From assembly GCA_964462035.1 (NCBI GenBank), contig CAYXAP010000021.1:42688-106687 (forward strand): a stretch of DNA of 64,000 nucleotides, read 5' to 3'. Positions 39,273 through 52,287 of this stretch are shown piece after piece. A program made the translations under genes and the position numbers. The stretch's first letter is position 1. Each line of letters begins with the position of its first letter. Below the pieces are notes generated by a model that made no database searches, was not told the origin of the DNA, and was given only the letters and a program-made list of their open reading frames with translations. Origin of the DNA: an uncultured Sandaracinus sp. GTDB taxonomy: Bacteria > Myxococcota_A > Polyangia > Polyangiales > Houyiibacteriaceae.

Positions 39273-39914
39273 TCAATCGAGCGGGTAGCCCATCGCGCGA
39301 GCCTCGCCGCGCACCCGCTCGACGGCTTCGTCTCCGGCGAGCGTTCCCACCAACGCGTCGGTCAGAGGCTCGGCGGCGTAGATCGCTTGCACCGGTGCGA
39401 GGTCCAGCTCCCGCTCGTAGTAGTCGGTCGCGAAGGCGACGTAGGTCTCCGGGCGACCGTCGAGAATGGCCAGGAGCTCCGCGGAGCCGTCGGGGTCTCG
39501 CGGCCCTTCCGGCAGGGCGAGCGAGCCGCGCCGCCAGCGATCGTCCACGGCCAGCCGCCACACGCAGAAGGTGCTGTTCGGGGCGTCGAAGGCAGGCTCG
39601 CTTCGGAGCTCGGAGAGCTCCGCCGGGAGCCCATCGAAGAGTCCCGGCAGCTCCTTCCCGTACTCGTAGACCGTGGCCTCGTGCGCCAGGCCGATCAGCC
39701 CCGCGCCCGCCGGCGTGAAGAGGGCGAACCAGTCGTCCCCGGAGCCGTTGCGCATCGATGCCATCGACTGCTCGGGGGCCCACGCAGGGTCGAACGAGTA
39801 GTAGCGGTACTCCCACTCGGCACAGAGGATGGCGTCCAGCACCGCCAGCGAGCGCGTCAGCCTCCGCAGGTCCTCGATGCCCGGCAGCTCGCTCAGGTCC
39901 TGCGTCGAGATCAT
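39273..39914 (-). CDS. Hypothetical protein
   Basis: Protein-like composition (EWEYRYYSF, MRNGSGD); directly downstream of hslU. Confidence 0.75.
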   Translation of the reverse strand: MISTQDLSELPGIEDLRRLTRSLAVLDAILCAEWEYRYYSFDPAWAPEQSMASMRNGSGDDWFALFTPAGAGLIGLAHEATVYEYGKELPGLFDGLPAELSELRSEPAFDAPNSTFCVWRLAVDDRWRRGSLALPEGPRDPDGSAELLAILDGRPETYVAFATDYYERELDLAPVQAIYAAEPLTDALVGTLAGDEAVERVRGEARAMGYPLD

Positions 39915-39942
39915 GGGCCTGCCTTCCGGGAACGTCGCGGCG

Positions 39943-41355
39943 TCAGAGGATGAACTTGCTGAGCTCGGCGTCGCCCAGGATCGGCTCGAGCCGCTCCTTC
40001 ACGTAGGCGCCGTTGACGACGACCTTCTGACCGCCGATCTCACAGGCCGCGAAGCTGAGCTCCTCGAGGAGCGCCTCCATCACGGTGTGCAGACGGCGGG
40101 CACCGATGTTCTCGCTGCGCTCGTTGGCGGTCGCCGCGTAGCTGGCGATGGCCTCGATCGCGTCCGGCTCGAAGGTGAGATCGACCTTCTCGGTGGCCAT
40201 CAGCGCCGTGTACTGCTTGGTGAGCGCGTTCCGCGGCTCGGTGAGAATGCGGACGAAGTCTTCCTTCTTCAGCGGCTCGAGCTCGACCCGGATCGGGAAG
40301 CGGCCCTGCAGCTCCGGGATGAGGTCGGAGACCTGCGCGACGTGGAACGCGCCGGCAGCGATGAAGAGGATGTGGTCGGTCTTCACCGAGCCGTGCTTGG
40401 TGGACACCGTGCTGCCCTCGACCAGCGGCAGTAGATCGCGCTGCACGCCCTCGCGCGACACGTCGGGGCCGCCGCTCGCGCTCTGGCGGCTGGCGACCTT
40501 GTCGATCTCGTCGAGGAACACGATGCCGCTCTGCTCGGTGCGCTCGATGGCGCGGCGCTGCACGCCGTCCATGTCGATGAGCTTCTTCGCCTCTTCGTCC
40601 TCGATGTGGCGGCGGACGTCCTTGACCTTCGCGCGGCGGAGCTTGGTCTTGCCCTGGAACCCGGGGATCTGACCCAGCATGTCCTTGAGGTTCATCTCCT
40701 CCATGCCGCTCTGTCCGAAGATCTTCATGAAGGGCGCGCCGGTGTCCTGGACGCTGACCTCGACCTCTTCGTCCTCGAGCTCGCCGCCGCGGAGCTTGCG
40801 GCGGATCTCGTCGAGCCGGCTCTCCGGGTGGGCTGGCCGCTGTGGCGGCTGGTTCATCACGAAGGGGCCGAACATCCGGCTCTGCGGTGTCTGCGGCTGG
40901 GGCTGCGGCTCCGGGGGCGGCGCCATCTCGTCCGCGAGGAGCTGCACGAGGCGCTCTTCGGCGTTCTCCTCGGCGCGGGCGCGCACCCGCTCCATCTCTT
41001 CGGACTGCACCAGGTCGATGGCGATCTCGACCAGGTCGCGGATCATCGCTTCGACGTCGCGACCGACGTAGCCGACCTCGGTGAACTTGCTGGCTTCGAC
41101 CTTCACGAAGGGCGCCTTGGCGAGCTTGGCGAGGCGGCGAGCGATCTCGGTCTTACCGCAGCCGGTCGGCCCGACCATCACGATGTTCTTCGGCGAGATC
41201 TCTTCCTGGAGGTCGCCTTCGACCTGTTGCCGGCGCCAGCGGTTGCGCAGCGCGATGGCCACCGCCCGCTTCGCGTCGCCCTGACCGATGATGTAGCGGT
41301 CGAGCTCCGAGACGGTCTCGCGCGGGGTGAACGTCCGGTCCTTCTTCTTGCTCAC
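39943..41355 (-). CDS. hslU: ATP-dependent protease ATPase subunit HslU
   Basis: [46 protein letters not shown]. Confidence 0.98.
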   Translation of the reverse strand: MSKKKDRTFTPRETVSELDRYIIGQGDAKRAVAIALRNRWRRQQVEGDLQEEISPKNIVMVGPTGCGKTEIARRLAKLAKAPFVKVEASKFTEVGYVGRDVEAMIRDLVEIAIDLVQSEEMERVRARAEENAEERLVQLLADEMAPPPEPQPQPQTPQSRMFGPFVMNQPPQRPAHPESRLDEIRRKLRGGELEDEEVEVSVQDTGAPFMKIFGQSGMEEMNLKDMLGQIPGFQGKTKLRRAKVKDVRRHIEDEEAKKLIDMDGVQRRAIERTEQSGIVFLDEIDKVASRQSASGGPDVSREGVQRDLLPLVEGSTVSTKHGSVKTDHILFIAAGAFHVAQVSDLIPELQGRFPIRVELEPLKKEDFVRILTEPRNALTKQYTALMATEKVDLTFEPDAIEAIASYAATANERSENIGARRLHTVMEALLEELSFAACEIGGQKVVVNGAYVKERLEPILGDAELSKFIL

Positions 41356-41930
41356 GAGCTCTTCTTCCCGATGGTCTCCACGACCACGTTGCCGTTCGTG
41401 TACACGCAGATCTCACCGGCGATTCCGATCGCGGTCGTCGCGATGGTCTCCGCGTCCATGTCGCTGTGACGGTAGAGCGCGCGGGCCGCGGCGCTCGCGT
41501 AGGAGCCGCCGGACCCGATGGCGATGACGCCCTCGTCGGGCTCGACGACGTCGCCGGTGCCGCTCAGCAGGAGGGTCTGCTCGGCGTCCATGACGATCAT
41601 CATCGCCTCGAGCCGGCGCAGGTAGCGGTCGGTCCGCCAGTCCTTCGCCAGCTCCACCGCGGCCCGCTGCAAGGTCCCGCGGTGTTCGCGGAGCTTGGCC
41701 TCGAAGCGCTCGAGGAGCGTGAAGGCGTCGGCGGTCGCGCCCGCGAAGCCGGCCACCACCTTGCCCTCCGCGATGCGGCGCACCTTCTTGGCGCTCCCCT
41801 TCAGGATGGTCTGGCCGTGGGAGACCTGTCCGTCGCCCGCCATCGCGGCGAGCCCGTCGCGCCGAACGGCGACGATGGTGGTGGCGTGGAAGGGCGGGCT
41901 GGCCGCGGCTCGGGGGTCTTGGGAGTGCAA
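41352..41930 (-). CDS. hslV: ATP-dependent protease subunit HslV
   Basis: [42 protein letters not shown]; start uncertain. Confidence 0.97.
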   Translation of the reverse strand: MHSQDPRAAASPPFHATTIVAVRRDGLAAMAGDGQVSHGQTILKGSAKKVRRIAEGKVVAGFAGATADAFTLLERFEAKLREHRGTLQRAAVELAKDWRTDRYLRRLEAMMIVMDAEQTLLLSGTGDVVEPDEGVIAIGSGGSYASAAARALYRHSDMDAETIATTAIGIAGEICVYTNGNVVVETIGKKSS

Positions 41931-41998
41931 GGCCGGTGGAGCGTAAGGATTTGGCCTGCCGGGTCAACGGCTGGGGCTCCTCGTGCTATGGGCGGCGG

Positions 41999-42910
41999 AT
42001 GAGCCTTCGCCACTTCCGTACCCTCGACGACCTCTCGCCGGAGGAGCTCACCTCGATCCTCGACCGCGCAGATGCGCTCAAGGCGTCCCGCGGAACCATG
42101 CAGTTCCCGGCGCCGCTGCAGGGAAAGACGGTCGCCATCGTGCTCGAGAAGGCGTCGACCCGGACCCGGCTCAGCTTCGAGGTCGGCATTCACGAGCTCG
42201 GCGCCATGCCGACCACGCTCATCGCCAAGGACACCCAGATGGGCCGCGGCGAGCCGCTCGCGGACACCGCCCGGATGCTCTCGGGGTACGTCCATGGCGT
42301 GGTCTATCGGACGTTCGGCCACGAGAAGGTCGAGACGCTCTGCGAGTACGCCTCGGTCCCGATCATCAATGGGCTGAGCGACGACTATCACCCCTGCCAG
42401 CTGCTGGCGGACATGCAGACCATGCGCGAGGCCAAGGGGCGGCTCGAGGGGCTGACGGTCGCGTGGATCGGCGATGGGAACAACATGGCTCACTCCTGGA
42501 TGCTCGCCGCCGGCCTCGCGGGCTTCTCGCTCCGGGTCGCGAGCCCCGAGGGCTACCAGGTGAAGCCCTCCATCGTGAAGGAGGCCGAGCGCCTCGGAGC
42601 GAACCTCACCTTCACGACCGACCCGAAGGAAGCCGCCGCGGGTGCGGACGTCGTGACCACCGACGTCTGGGCGAGCATGGGCCAGGAAGAAGAGCAGAAG
42701 GCCCGCGAGGCGGCCTTCGCCGATTTCCAGGTCGACGGGGCGTTGATGGCCCGAGCCGCGGACGACGCCATCTTCCTCCACTGCCTGCCCGCCCACCGCG
42801 GCGAAGAGGTCAGCGCCGAGGTGATGGACAGCGAGGCCTCCTGGGTCTGGGCCGAGGCGGAGAACCGACTCCACGCCCAGAAGTCCCTGCTCGTTCACCT
42901 ACTGGGGTGA
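41999..42910 (+). CDS. argF: Ornithine carbamoyltransferase
   Basis: STRTR, HPCQ, WASMG, FLHCLPAHRGEEV, AENRLH. Confidence 0.97.
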   Translation: MSLRHFRTLDDLSPEELTSILDRADALKASRGTMQFPAPLQGKTVAIVLEKASTRTRLSFEVGIHELGAMPTTLIAKDTQMGRGEPLADTARMLSGYVHGVVYRTFGHEKVETLCEYASVPIINGLSDDYHPCQLLADMQTMREAKGRLEGLTVAWIGDGNNMAHSWMLAAGLAGFSLRVASPEGYQVKPSIVKEAERLGANLTFTTDPKEAAAGADVVTTDVWASMGQEEEQKAREAAFADFQVDGALMARAADDAIFLHCLPAHRGEEVSAEVMDSEASWVWAEAENRLHAQKSLLVHLLG

Positions 42911-43026
42911 GGTCGCCCGGAGCGCGACGACGCGTCCCCGAATGAGGGCGCGTCGCGTCCTCGTACCGCCCGGAACGGCCAATTTTTCCATGCCTTTCGT
43001 GAGGAGCGGTGCGCTAAGGTGGGCCC

Positions 43027-44541
43027 GTGGCCGAGAAAGGGCGGACGGACTGGGTGCCGCGGCTGAGGGAGGACTTGGTCGTCACCGATCTGCCGATCAC
43101 CGATCCCTTCGATGGGTTCATCCTGTCGCGGATCGACGGGGACACCTCCGTCAAAGACATCGCCGACATCACCGGCGCGACCATCGACCGGGTCCAGGAG
43201 CTGCTGAGCCGCCTCGAGGGCCTCGGCGCCCTCGGGCGGCCGCCGGGACCGCCGACCATCGCCTCGCGCCCTCCACCACCACCACCGCCGAAGGAGCCCG
43301 AGCCGGAGCCCGAGGAGCGACCCTCGGCGATGTCCCCGCCGCTCTACGACCCGCGGGAGCTCGACGAGGTCGCGGACCTGGAGCCGGAGCGGAAGCACGA
43401 GATCCTCCACGCCTACTACCGGCTCTCCGAGGTCGATTTCTACCAGCTCCTCGGCATCTCTCGGTCCGCGGACAAGGCGGAGATCCGAGCCGCCTACTTC
43501 CGACTCTCGAAGCGCTTCCACCCCGACACCCTCTATGGAAAGCAGCTCGGGAGCTTCAAGTCGAAGATGGAGAAGGTCTTCGAGCACCTGACCCGCGCCT
43601 ACGAGACGCTCGGCAAGAAGAAGCGACGCCGCTCCTACGACGACTACCTGCTGGTTCAGGACGAGACCCGCGCCATGGAGAGCGGTCTCGAGAGCGGCGA
43701 GGCCGAGGCCGAGGCGGTCGCCGAGTCGGTGCACCCCGACCCCGACCGCCAGCTCCTCGAGACGGCCAAGACCGACCGCCCGCCGGGCGAGAACCCCGAC
43801 ATCGCGGCCCCGAAGGTCGACGCGCCCGAGATTCCGAAGGCGCCACGACCGCCCCGGCTCTCGGACGACGAGCGCAAGGCGATGGCGAAGCGCCTCCTCG
43901 AGAAGCGCATGGGCAAGTCGTCGCGGCCACCCACCCCGCGGCCACCCTCCGACGAGGTCTCCCGCGAGTCGCTCCGGGAGGGGCTGCGGAGCTCGCTCCG
44001 AGCGACCGCCGGGCTGACCGGCGGTCCCGACCTCGCGCAGGCGGAGCGCCTCGCAAAAGAAGCCGAGACGGCGGCGGAGAAGGGCGACAACCTCGCCGCC
44101 GTCAACGCGCTGAAGATGGCCCTGGCCATCAACCCGGACCGGAAGGACTGGGAGGCTCGCCACGACGAGCTCCGCGCAGCCCTGGCGGCTCAGATGGCGG
44201 ATACCTATCTCAAGCAGGCTCGCTACGAGGAGCACCACGAGAACTGGGAGGCCGCTGCGCGCTCATGGCAGAAGGTCGCCGAGGGCCGTCCGTCGGACGC
44301 GCGGGCCTGGCGACAAGCAGCGCTGGCGCTCCTCGAGGGGAAGGGTGACCTCAAGCTCGCCCGGGACCTCGCTCAGAAGGCGGTCACCATTCAGCCGGGG
44401 CTCGCCTCCAACCGTGCCGCACTGGCGCGGATCTATGCGGCTGCAGGCATGAAAGCCAGCGCTCGCAAGGAGCTGGACGAGGTCGTGAAGCTGGACCCCG
44501 ACGCCGAGATCGTGAAGACTCTGCAGCGGGAGCTGAAGTAG
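43027..44541 (+). CDS. J-domain protein: N-terminal wHTH-like domain + J domain + TPRs
   Basis: GFILSRIDG domain; FYQLLGI..IRAAYFRLSKRFHPD; C-terminal TPR helices. Confidence 0.88.
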   Translation: MAEKGRTDWVPRLREDLVVTDLPITDPFDGFILSRIDGDTSVKDIADITGATIDRVQELLSRLEGLGALGRPPGPPTIASRPPPPPPPKEPEPEPEERPSAMSPPLYDPRELDEVADLEPERKHEILHAYYRLSEVDFYQLLGISRSADKAEIRAAYFRLSKRFHPDTLYGKQLGSFKSKMEKVFEHLTRAYETLGKKKRRRSYDDYLLVQDETRAMESGLESGEAEAEAVAESVHPDPDRQLLETAKTDRPPGENPDIAAPKVDAPEIPKAPRPPRLSDDERKAMAKRLLEKRMGKSSRPPTPRPPSDEVSRESLREGLRSSLRATAGLTGGPDLAQAERLAKEAETAAEKGDNLAAVNALKMALAINPDRKDWEARHDELRAALAAQMADTYLKQARYEEHHENWEAAARSWQKVAEGRPSDARAWRQAALALLEGKGDLKLARDLAQKAVTIQPGLASNRAALARIYAAAGMKASARKELDEVVKLDPDAEIVKTLQRELK

Positions 44542-44593
44542 GATCCTCCAGTACTTTCGGCGGTGTGTCGGGAGAAGGGTCCTGGGAGCCTGA

Positions 44594-46426
<1,833 letters not shown>

Positions 46427-46429
46427 CCG

Positions 46430-47122
46430 ATGAGCATGGCGGGCGAGCGCGACTCCGATCCGCCCGACAGCCGGCGCCGACGGCGCTCGTCGTCGGATTC
46501 CATTCCCCTGCCGGCGAGCAGCGGGCGGATCACGACCGAGCTCGTCGGTCCTCCGCTGCGTCTACCGGACGAGAGCGTGGACTCGCTCTCCATCGACCTG
46601 GACGCCGAAGAGAACACCGAGAGCCTGCGACTGGACGAAGAGCCCAGGGAACCGGGCGAGCGCTCCAGCGTCGACCTGGCGTCGATCCCCCCCAGAGCGA
46701 ACCAGGGAGCGCTCGGCCTGGTGGAGCGCTCCCGCTCGACGAGCTCGGGTCTGGACCTGGTCGCCGAGATGCGTGAGCGCTTCGAGCTCGACGACTTCAC
46801 GGGCGCACTGCGGGCCTCGGAGCTCGTGCTGGGTCGAACCCCGGACCACGAGGAGGCGCAACGCATCAGCGAGGCCAGCCGGATGCGGCTCGAGCAGCAC
46901 TACCTCACTCGGCTGGGCAGCCTGGAGGCCCGACCGCGGGTGGTGGTGAAGCCCGCCGAGATCCGCTGGCTCGGCCTGGACCATCGCGCGGGCTTCCTCC
47001 TGAGCCGAATCGACGGGAGCGCCAGCATCGACGAGCTGCTGGCCGTGTCCGGGATGCCCCGCCTCGAGACCCTCAAGACCCTCGTCGACCTGCTGGTCTC
47101 CGAAGCCATCGACATGGCTTGA
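46430..47122 (+). CDS. Hypothetical protein with C-terminal wHTH-like domain
   Basis: Disordered N-terminus; LDHRAGFLLSRIDG..SGMPRLETLKTL; starts 3 nt after dnaK stop. Confidence 0.8.
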   Translation: MSMAGERDSDPPDSRRRRRSSSDSIPLPASSGRITTELVGPPLRLPDESVDSLSIDLDAEENTESLRLDEEPREPGERSSVDLASIPPRANQGALGLVERSRSTSSGLDLVAEMRERFELDDFTGALRASELVLGRTPDHEEAQRISEASRMRLEQHYLTRLGSLEARPRVVVKPAEIRWLGLDHRAGFLLSRIDGSASIDELLAVSGMPRLETLKTLVDLLVSEAIDMA

Positions 47123-47172
47123 GACAGCCGCGGCGTTGACGCGCTGGCCCGGCTGAGCCAGGCTGCCGCGCG

Positions 47173-48384
47173 ATGTCCGATACGCCCAAGAAGATCGTGC
47201 TCGCCTACTCCGGTGGGCTCGACACCTCCGTCATCCTCACCTGGCTCAAGGAGACTTACGAGGGTTGCCAGGTCGTCGCCTTCTGCGCCGACGTCGGCCA
47301 GGGGGAAGAGCTCGATGGGCTCGACGAGAAGGCGCGTGCCACCGGCGCCGAGAAGTGCGTCGTCGCGGACGTCCGCGAGGAGTTCGTTCGGGACTTCTGC
47401 TTCCCGATGCTCCGCGCCAACGCGGTCTACGAAGGCTCCTACCTCCTCGGCACCTCGATCGCGCGTCCCGTCATCGCCAAGGCGATGATGGACGTCGCCC
47501 ACGCCGAAGGCTGTGACGCCATCGCGCACGGCGCGACGGGCAAGGGCAACGACCAGGTCCGCTTCGAGCTCAGCGCCATGGCCATCGACCCGAAGGTGAA
47601 GGTCATCGCCCCGTGGCGGGAGTGGGATCTGAAGTCGCGCACCGACTGCATCGAGTACTGCAAGCAGCGCAACATCCCGGTCGAGGCGACCGCGGAGAAG
47701 CCCTACTCGATGGACGCCAACGCGTTCCACATCAGCTACGAGGGCGGCATCCTCGAGGACCCGTGGGCTGCGCCCCCCGAAGAGATCTTCCGCTGGACGA
47801 CCAGCCCTGCCGAGGCGCCGGACGAGGCGCAGGAAGTCGTCATCAGCTACGAGAACGGGAACCCCGTCGCCATCGACGGCGACCGGATGACGCCCTACGC
47901 GCTCCTCGAGCGGCTCAACCAGATCGGTTCGAAGCACGGCGTCGGCCGGGTCGACATCGTCGAGAACCGCTTCGTGGGAATGAAGTCGCGCGGCGTCTAC
48001 GAGACCCCGGGGGGGACCATCCTCCAGCTCGCCCACCGCGCCGTGGAGTCGCTGGCGCTCGACCGCGAGGTCATGCGCATTCGTGACGGGCTGATCCCGG
48101 AGTACGCCTCCCTGGTGTACCGGGGCTTCTGGTTCGCGCCCGAGCGCGAGGCGCTCCAGGCCCTCATCGACGAGGCCCAGAAGGACGTCTGGGGCGAGGC
48201 CCGGATCCGGCTCTACAAGGGCAGCGCCCAGGTCGTCGGCCGGCGCTCCGAGCGCTCGCTCTACGACCCGGAGGTCGCCACCTTCGAGGCCGACGAGGTC
48301 TACGATCAGTCCGACGCGACCGGGTTCATCCGGCTCAACGCGCTCCGGCTCCGGCTCCGAGCGACCCGCGATGCCTCCAAGTAG
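47173..48384 (+). CDS. argG: Argininosuccinate synthase
   Basis: [37 protein letters not shown]. Confidence 0.98.
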   Translation: MSDTPKKIVLAYSGGLDTSVILTWLKETYEGCQVVAFCADVGQGEELDGLDEKARATGAEKCVVADVREEFVRDFCFPMLRANAVYEGSYLLGTSIARPVIAKAMMDVAHAEGCDAIAHGATGKGNDQVRFELSAMAIDPKVKVIAPWREWDLKSRTDCIEYCKQRNIPVEATAEKPYSMDANAFHISYEGGILEDPWAAPPEEIFRWTTSPAEAPDEAQEVVISYENGNPVAIDGDRMTPYALLERLNQIGSKHGVGRVDIVENRFVGMKSRGVYETPGGTILQLAHRAVESLALDREVMRIRDGLIPEYASLVYRGFWFAPEREALQALIDEAQKDVWGEARIRLYKGSAQVVGRRSERSLYDPEVATFEADEVYDQSDATGFIRLNALRLRLRATRDASK

Positions 48385-48491
48385 CGACGACGCCGGGCGA
48401 CGCGACCTCCCTTGCGAGGTCGGGAGCCCGCGTCTAATCTCGAAAAGCGGGTCGGGGGCGCCGCGCGCCCTCACCTCGACTGAGGAAGGCC

Positions 48492-49814
48492 TTGGACGAA
48501 CCAGGTAGTATCGGGCTCGGCGTGGGAGTGGGTCTCGGCCTCTTCTTCGCGGTGCTCTACTCTGCTACCAACGCCGGCCTCTCGGCCCTGGGCGATGCGC
48601 GGATCCGTGCCATCGCCGACGACGAGACCGGTCCGTTGGCAAAGGAGGCGCGACGATGCGTGGCGCTGGGGCGGCGAGTTCGCACCCGGCTGCTCGTCGG
48701 GCGGGTGCTCTGCGTCTGCGCGGCCGCCGGTTGCGCCGCCATGCTGGGCGCTCGCTACCAGGGCTGGTGGTCGCTGGCCGCCGCCGTGTCGGTCGGGCTC
48801 GCCTACGCGTTGCTCTCGGAGGTGTTCAGCGCGATCACTCGCCGCCGGGCGTCGCGCGCGGCGCTGCGGATGCTCCGCCTGCTGCGCCCCTTGGAGCTGC
48901 TCGCCTGGCCGGTGGGCGCCCCCATCGCGGCGCTCGGTCGGCTCACGGCTCGGATGATCCCGACCGCTCCCGCCGAGGTCGAGGTCGGCCACCGGACGGT
49001 GGAGAAGATGATCGAGAAGAGCGAGCAGCGAGGTGACCTGGGGCAGGACCAAGCCAAGCTGCTTCGCAGCGTGCTCGAGTTCCGGGCCACCGTGGCCCGC
49101 GAGGTCATGGTCCCGCGCACCCAGGTGGTCGCCTTCGAGATCGACACCCCGCTTCAGGAGGTCCTGCTGGCCATCGAGGAGAACGGCCACAGCCGTTACC
49201 CGATCTACCGAGGCTCCATGGACCAGGTGGAGGGCATCCTCTACGCGAAGGACGTCTTCGGCGCCCTCCGTCAGGGGCTCGAGCATCAGACCCTCGGCGA
49301 CCTGGCGCGCACTCCGGTCTTCTTCGCGCCCGAGACCCAGAAGGTCAGCGTCCTGCTCCAGGAGATGCAGTCGCGTCGGATCCACCTCTCGGTCGTCGTC
49401 GACGAGTTCGGCGGAGCCGCGGGAGTCGTGACCCTCGAGGACATCCTCGAGGAGATCGTCGGTGAGATCGAAGACGAGCACGACGACGACGAGGCTCCCG
49501 TCCGACAGGAGGGGCCGGGTCATTTCGTCGCCGACGCGACCATCAGCATCTACGACCTCGAGGAATACCTCGGTGAGTCGCTCGAGGGCGCGACGGAAGG
49601 TGACTTCGACTCCCTCGGCGGGTTGCTCGTGCACCTCAGCGGCCGGGTGCCGCCGGTCGGCTCCGAGGTCACCGTGGGCGAGTACGATCTCCGCGTGCTC
49701 GTGAGCGACGACCGGCACGTCGAGCGAGTCGAGATCATCCGCCGCACCCCGGCACCCGAGGCGCCGGACGATGGGGAGCGTTCGTCGGACGCTCCCTCGG
49801 CGCAGGCCTCCTGA
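48492..49814 (+). CDS. HlyC/CorC (CNNM-CBS-CorC) family membrane protein
   Basis: N-terminal TM segment, REVMVPR, HSRYPIY, VVDEFGG..TLEDILEEIVGEIEDEHD. Confidence 0.92.
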   Translation: MDEPGSIGLGVGVGLGLFFAVLYSATNAGLSALGDARIRAIADDETGPLAKEARRCVALGRRVRTRLLVGRVLCVCAAAGCAAMLGARYQGWWSLAAAVSVGLAYALLSEVFSAITRRRASRAALRMLRLLRPLELLAWPVGAPIAALGRLTARMIPTAPAEVEVGHRTVEKMIEKSEQRGDLGQDQAKLLRSVLEFRATVAREVMVPRTQVVAFEIDTPLQEVLLAIEENGHSRYPIYRGSMDQVEGILYAKDVFGALRQGLEHQTLGDLARTPVFFAPETQKVSVLLQEMQSRRIHLSVVVDEFGGAAGVVTLEDILEEIVGEIEDEHDDDEAPVRQEGPGHFVADATISIYDLEEYLGESLEGATEGDFDSLGGLLVHLSGRVPPVGSEVTVGEYDLRVLVSDDRHVERVEIIRRTPAPEAPDDGERSSDAPSAQAS

Positions 49815-49923
49815 GCCCCACTGGGGTCCGCCGTTCGCGCCACGCTGTCGCGGTCCGGTGTCCGCATCGGCGGCAAACGCCCGCCTTCCGAGGTGGAACG
49901 ATGGCTGCATTCTAGACCCGCCG

Positions 49924-52287
49924 ATGCTCAAGACGTTCCTGATGGGGTGGGCCTGTCTCGCGTTGGTCGCCTGCGACGGCACCATCGAAGGCCTCCCGGA
50001 GGGTCGCGACGACGACGAGCCGGATCCGGTGGCCGAGGCACCGCCCCCGCGGCTCCACCGGTTGAATCGGCTCGAGTACGACAACAGCGTCCGCGATCTG
50101 CTCGGGACGGGGTTGCGACCCGCGAGCGCGTTCCCGCCGGATGGTTCGTCTTCCGGGCTGGACAACATCGCCGAGAGCCTGACCCTCACGCCAGCGCTGA
50201 TGAGCGCGTACTACGCCGCCTCCGCCCAGGTAGTGGACGACGCGCTCGACACCGCCCCCAGCCATCTCGTTCGTCGCAGCGCCGAGGACCTCCCGCCGGT
50301 CGGCGAAGCGGTGGGGCCGGTGCGGTCTCTGCTCGGTGGAGAGCTGCGGCTGACGGAGCGGGTCCCGGGCGGCCCGCTGGAGTTGGTCCTGAACGCCGTC
50401 GGCGTGTCCTACGGTGCCGATCTCTCGCCCGTTCCTCTGACCCCCAACTTGGAGATCGCGGTGGACGGCGCGGTGGTTCGCACGGTCGCCATGCGTGAGG
50501 GCGCTGCACACCACGTCGTGCCGCTCGACCTGGCCGAAGGTGAGCACAGCTTCGTCTTCCGGCCGACGAACTTCGTCCGCCAGCCCGCCGAGGGTTACGG
50601 CAACGACGTCCACGTCGCGGCGGTCGAGCTGCGTGGGCCCAACGTGCCCGGCCCGGGCGTGGCGCGGGTCTTCGTGTGCTCGCCAGAGCCACCGGTCGTG
50701 GAGCCGGTCGAGGTCCGGCGCCACGTGCTGAACCCGGCGTCGTTCCAAGCGTGGCGCTTCGGCGCGGTCGAGCGGGCGGACACGGAGAGCTGGGCGGATG
50801 GGCCACCGATGCCGGCCGTGCCACGGGTGGTCGTGTCCCCCGGGGACCCACGGGTGTTCGTGCAGGACGTCGACGCGAGCGGCCCGGTGCTCAGGCACGT
50901 GCTCGACCCCACCTCGCTCGTCGCATGGCGACTGAACGAGCAGCCCTTCGACGAGCTCCCGCGGAGCGAGCTCGAGACGACGCCCATCGGACTCCCGTGG
51001 AGTCGGACGCCGCGGCTCGTTCAGGGCGACACGCCACACGTCTACATCATCGACTCGATCGCACCCGTGGGCGCCGACGACCTCGACCAGGAGTGCTACA
51101 GACGCATCACCACCACGTTCGCGCGACGCGCCTGGCGCCGGACCCTCGAGACCGACGAGCAGGCGGAGCTCCACCGGTTCTGGCGCGGCCTGGTCGACGG
51201 AGGCGAGAGCGCGGACCAAGCGCTGCGGCTCACCCTTCGCCGCATCCTGATGGCGCCGGACTTCATCTATCGGCGGCGACGCAGCGACACCGACCTCGAA
51301 TGGCTGGCCGGTCGGCTCTCCTACTTCTTGTGGAGCAGCACCCCGGACGACGCGCTCATGCAGGCCGCTGCCGACGGAACGCTCGACGACGACGAGGTCT
51401 TGCGGACGCAGGTGCGGCGCATGCTCGCCGACGAGCGGGCCCAGGCCATCGTGGACGGGTTCGGGGAGCAGTGGCTCTCCACGCGGCGGCTGGATCAGCT
51501 TCGTCCATCCGAGGAGACCTTCCCCGAGGCGGACGAGGACCTCCTCGCGTCGATGGAGGCGGAGTCCAAGGGGTTCTTCCGCGGCTTCTTGCGGAGCGAC
51601 CGCCCCGTCGCCTCCATGCTCGGCGCGGACTTCGCCGTCACCAACGACCGGTTGGCCTCGCACTACGGCCGGCCGCTTCCCGGAGGCGCGGAGGCTCGTG
51701 AGGTCACGGCCGCCGACGGGCGCGCGAGCGTGCTCGGCCTGAGCGCCTGGCTCGCGCTCCACGTCCAGGGCGACCATCCGTCGCCAATCCAGCGGGGACG
51801 ATGGGTCTCGGACCACGTGCTCTGTGAGCCCGTCCCGCCGCCACCCGCCGGTCTCGAGGTGCCCAGCATCGAGTTCGAAGGCGAGCTGACCGTACGCGAG
51901 CAGCTCGAGGAGCACCGCGCGAACGAGGTCTGCGCGTCGTGCCACGTGCGCCTCGACATCCTCGGCATGGGCTTCCAGCGCTACGACGCTCTGGGCCGCG
52001 TTCGCGACGAACCGGGCCTCGATTCGCTCGGTGAGCTCCCCGACGGCGGCGGCACCTTCGATGGCGCCGAAGAGATGGCTGCGCTGATGGACCGCGAAGC
52101 CTTCGTGGCCTGCATCACCCGGTGGCTCATGACCTACGCCCTCGGGCGCAGCCCGGTTGGCGCGGAGAACGCCGACATCGACGCCATCGCCGAAGAGGCC
52201 ACCGCCGGAGGTTGGAGCCTGGGCCAGGTCCTCGAGGCCATCGCGCTCACCGACGGCTTCCGAGCCCACAAGGGAGACGCACCGTGA
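49924..52287 (+). CDS. DUF1592-family lipoprotein (DUF1587/1595/1592/1588/1585) with CxxCH
   Basis: LVAC lipobox, RLNRLEYDNSVRDL, FARRAWRR, RLSYFLWSSTPD, SPIQRG, CASCH. Confidence 0.92.
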   Translation: MLKTFLMGWACLALVACDGTIEGLPEGRDDDEPDPVAEAPPPRLHRLNRLEYDNSVRDLLGTGLRPASAFPPDGSSSGLDNIAESLTLTPALMSAYYAASAQVVDDALDTAPSHLVRRSAEDLPPVGEAVGPVRSLLGGELRLTERVPGGPLELVLNAVGVSYGADLSPVPLTPNLEIAVDGAVVRTVAMREGAAHHVVPLDLAEGEHSFVFRPTNFVRQPAEGYGNDVHVAAVELRGPNVPGPGVARVFVCSPEPPVVEPVEVRRHVLNPASFQAWRFGAVERADTESWADGPPMPAVPRVVVSPGDPRVFVQDVDASGPVLRHVLDPTSLVAWRLNEQPFDELPRSELETTPIGLPWSRTPRLVQGDTPHVYIIDSIAPVGADDLDQECYRRITTTFARRAWRRTLETDEQAELHRFWRGLVDGGESADQALRLTLRRILMAPDFIYRRRRSDTDLEWLAGRLSYFLWSSTPDDALMQAAADGTLDDDEVLRTQVRRMLADERAQAIVDGFGEQWLSTRRLDQLRPSEETFPEADEDLLASMEAESKGFFRGFLRSDRPVASMLGADFAVTNDRLASHYGRPLPGGAEAREVTAADGRASVLGLSAWLALHVQGDHPSPIQRGRWVSDHVLCEPVPPPPAGLEVPSIEFEGELTVREQLEEHRANEVCASCHVRLDILGMGFQRYDALGRVRDEPGLDSLGELPDGGGTFDGAEEMAALMDREAFVACITRWLMTYALGRSPVGAENADIDAIAEEATAGGWSLGQVLEAIALTDGFRAHKGDAP

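Noticed and set aside
42925-42957. GC hairpin after argF (similar one after argG) as an intrinsic terminator
   Set aside because: Imperfect stems with no U-tract; expected by chance at this GC content
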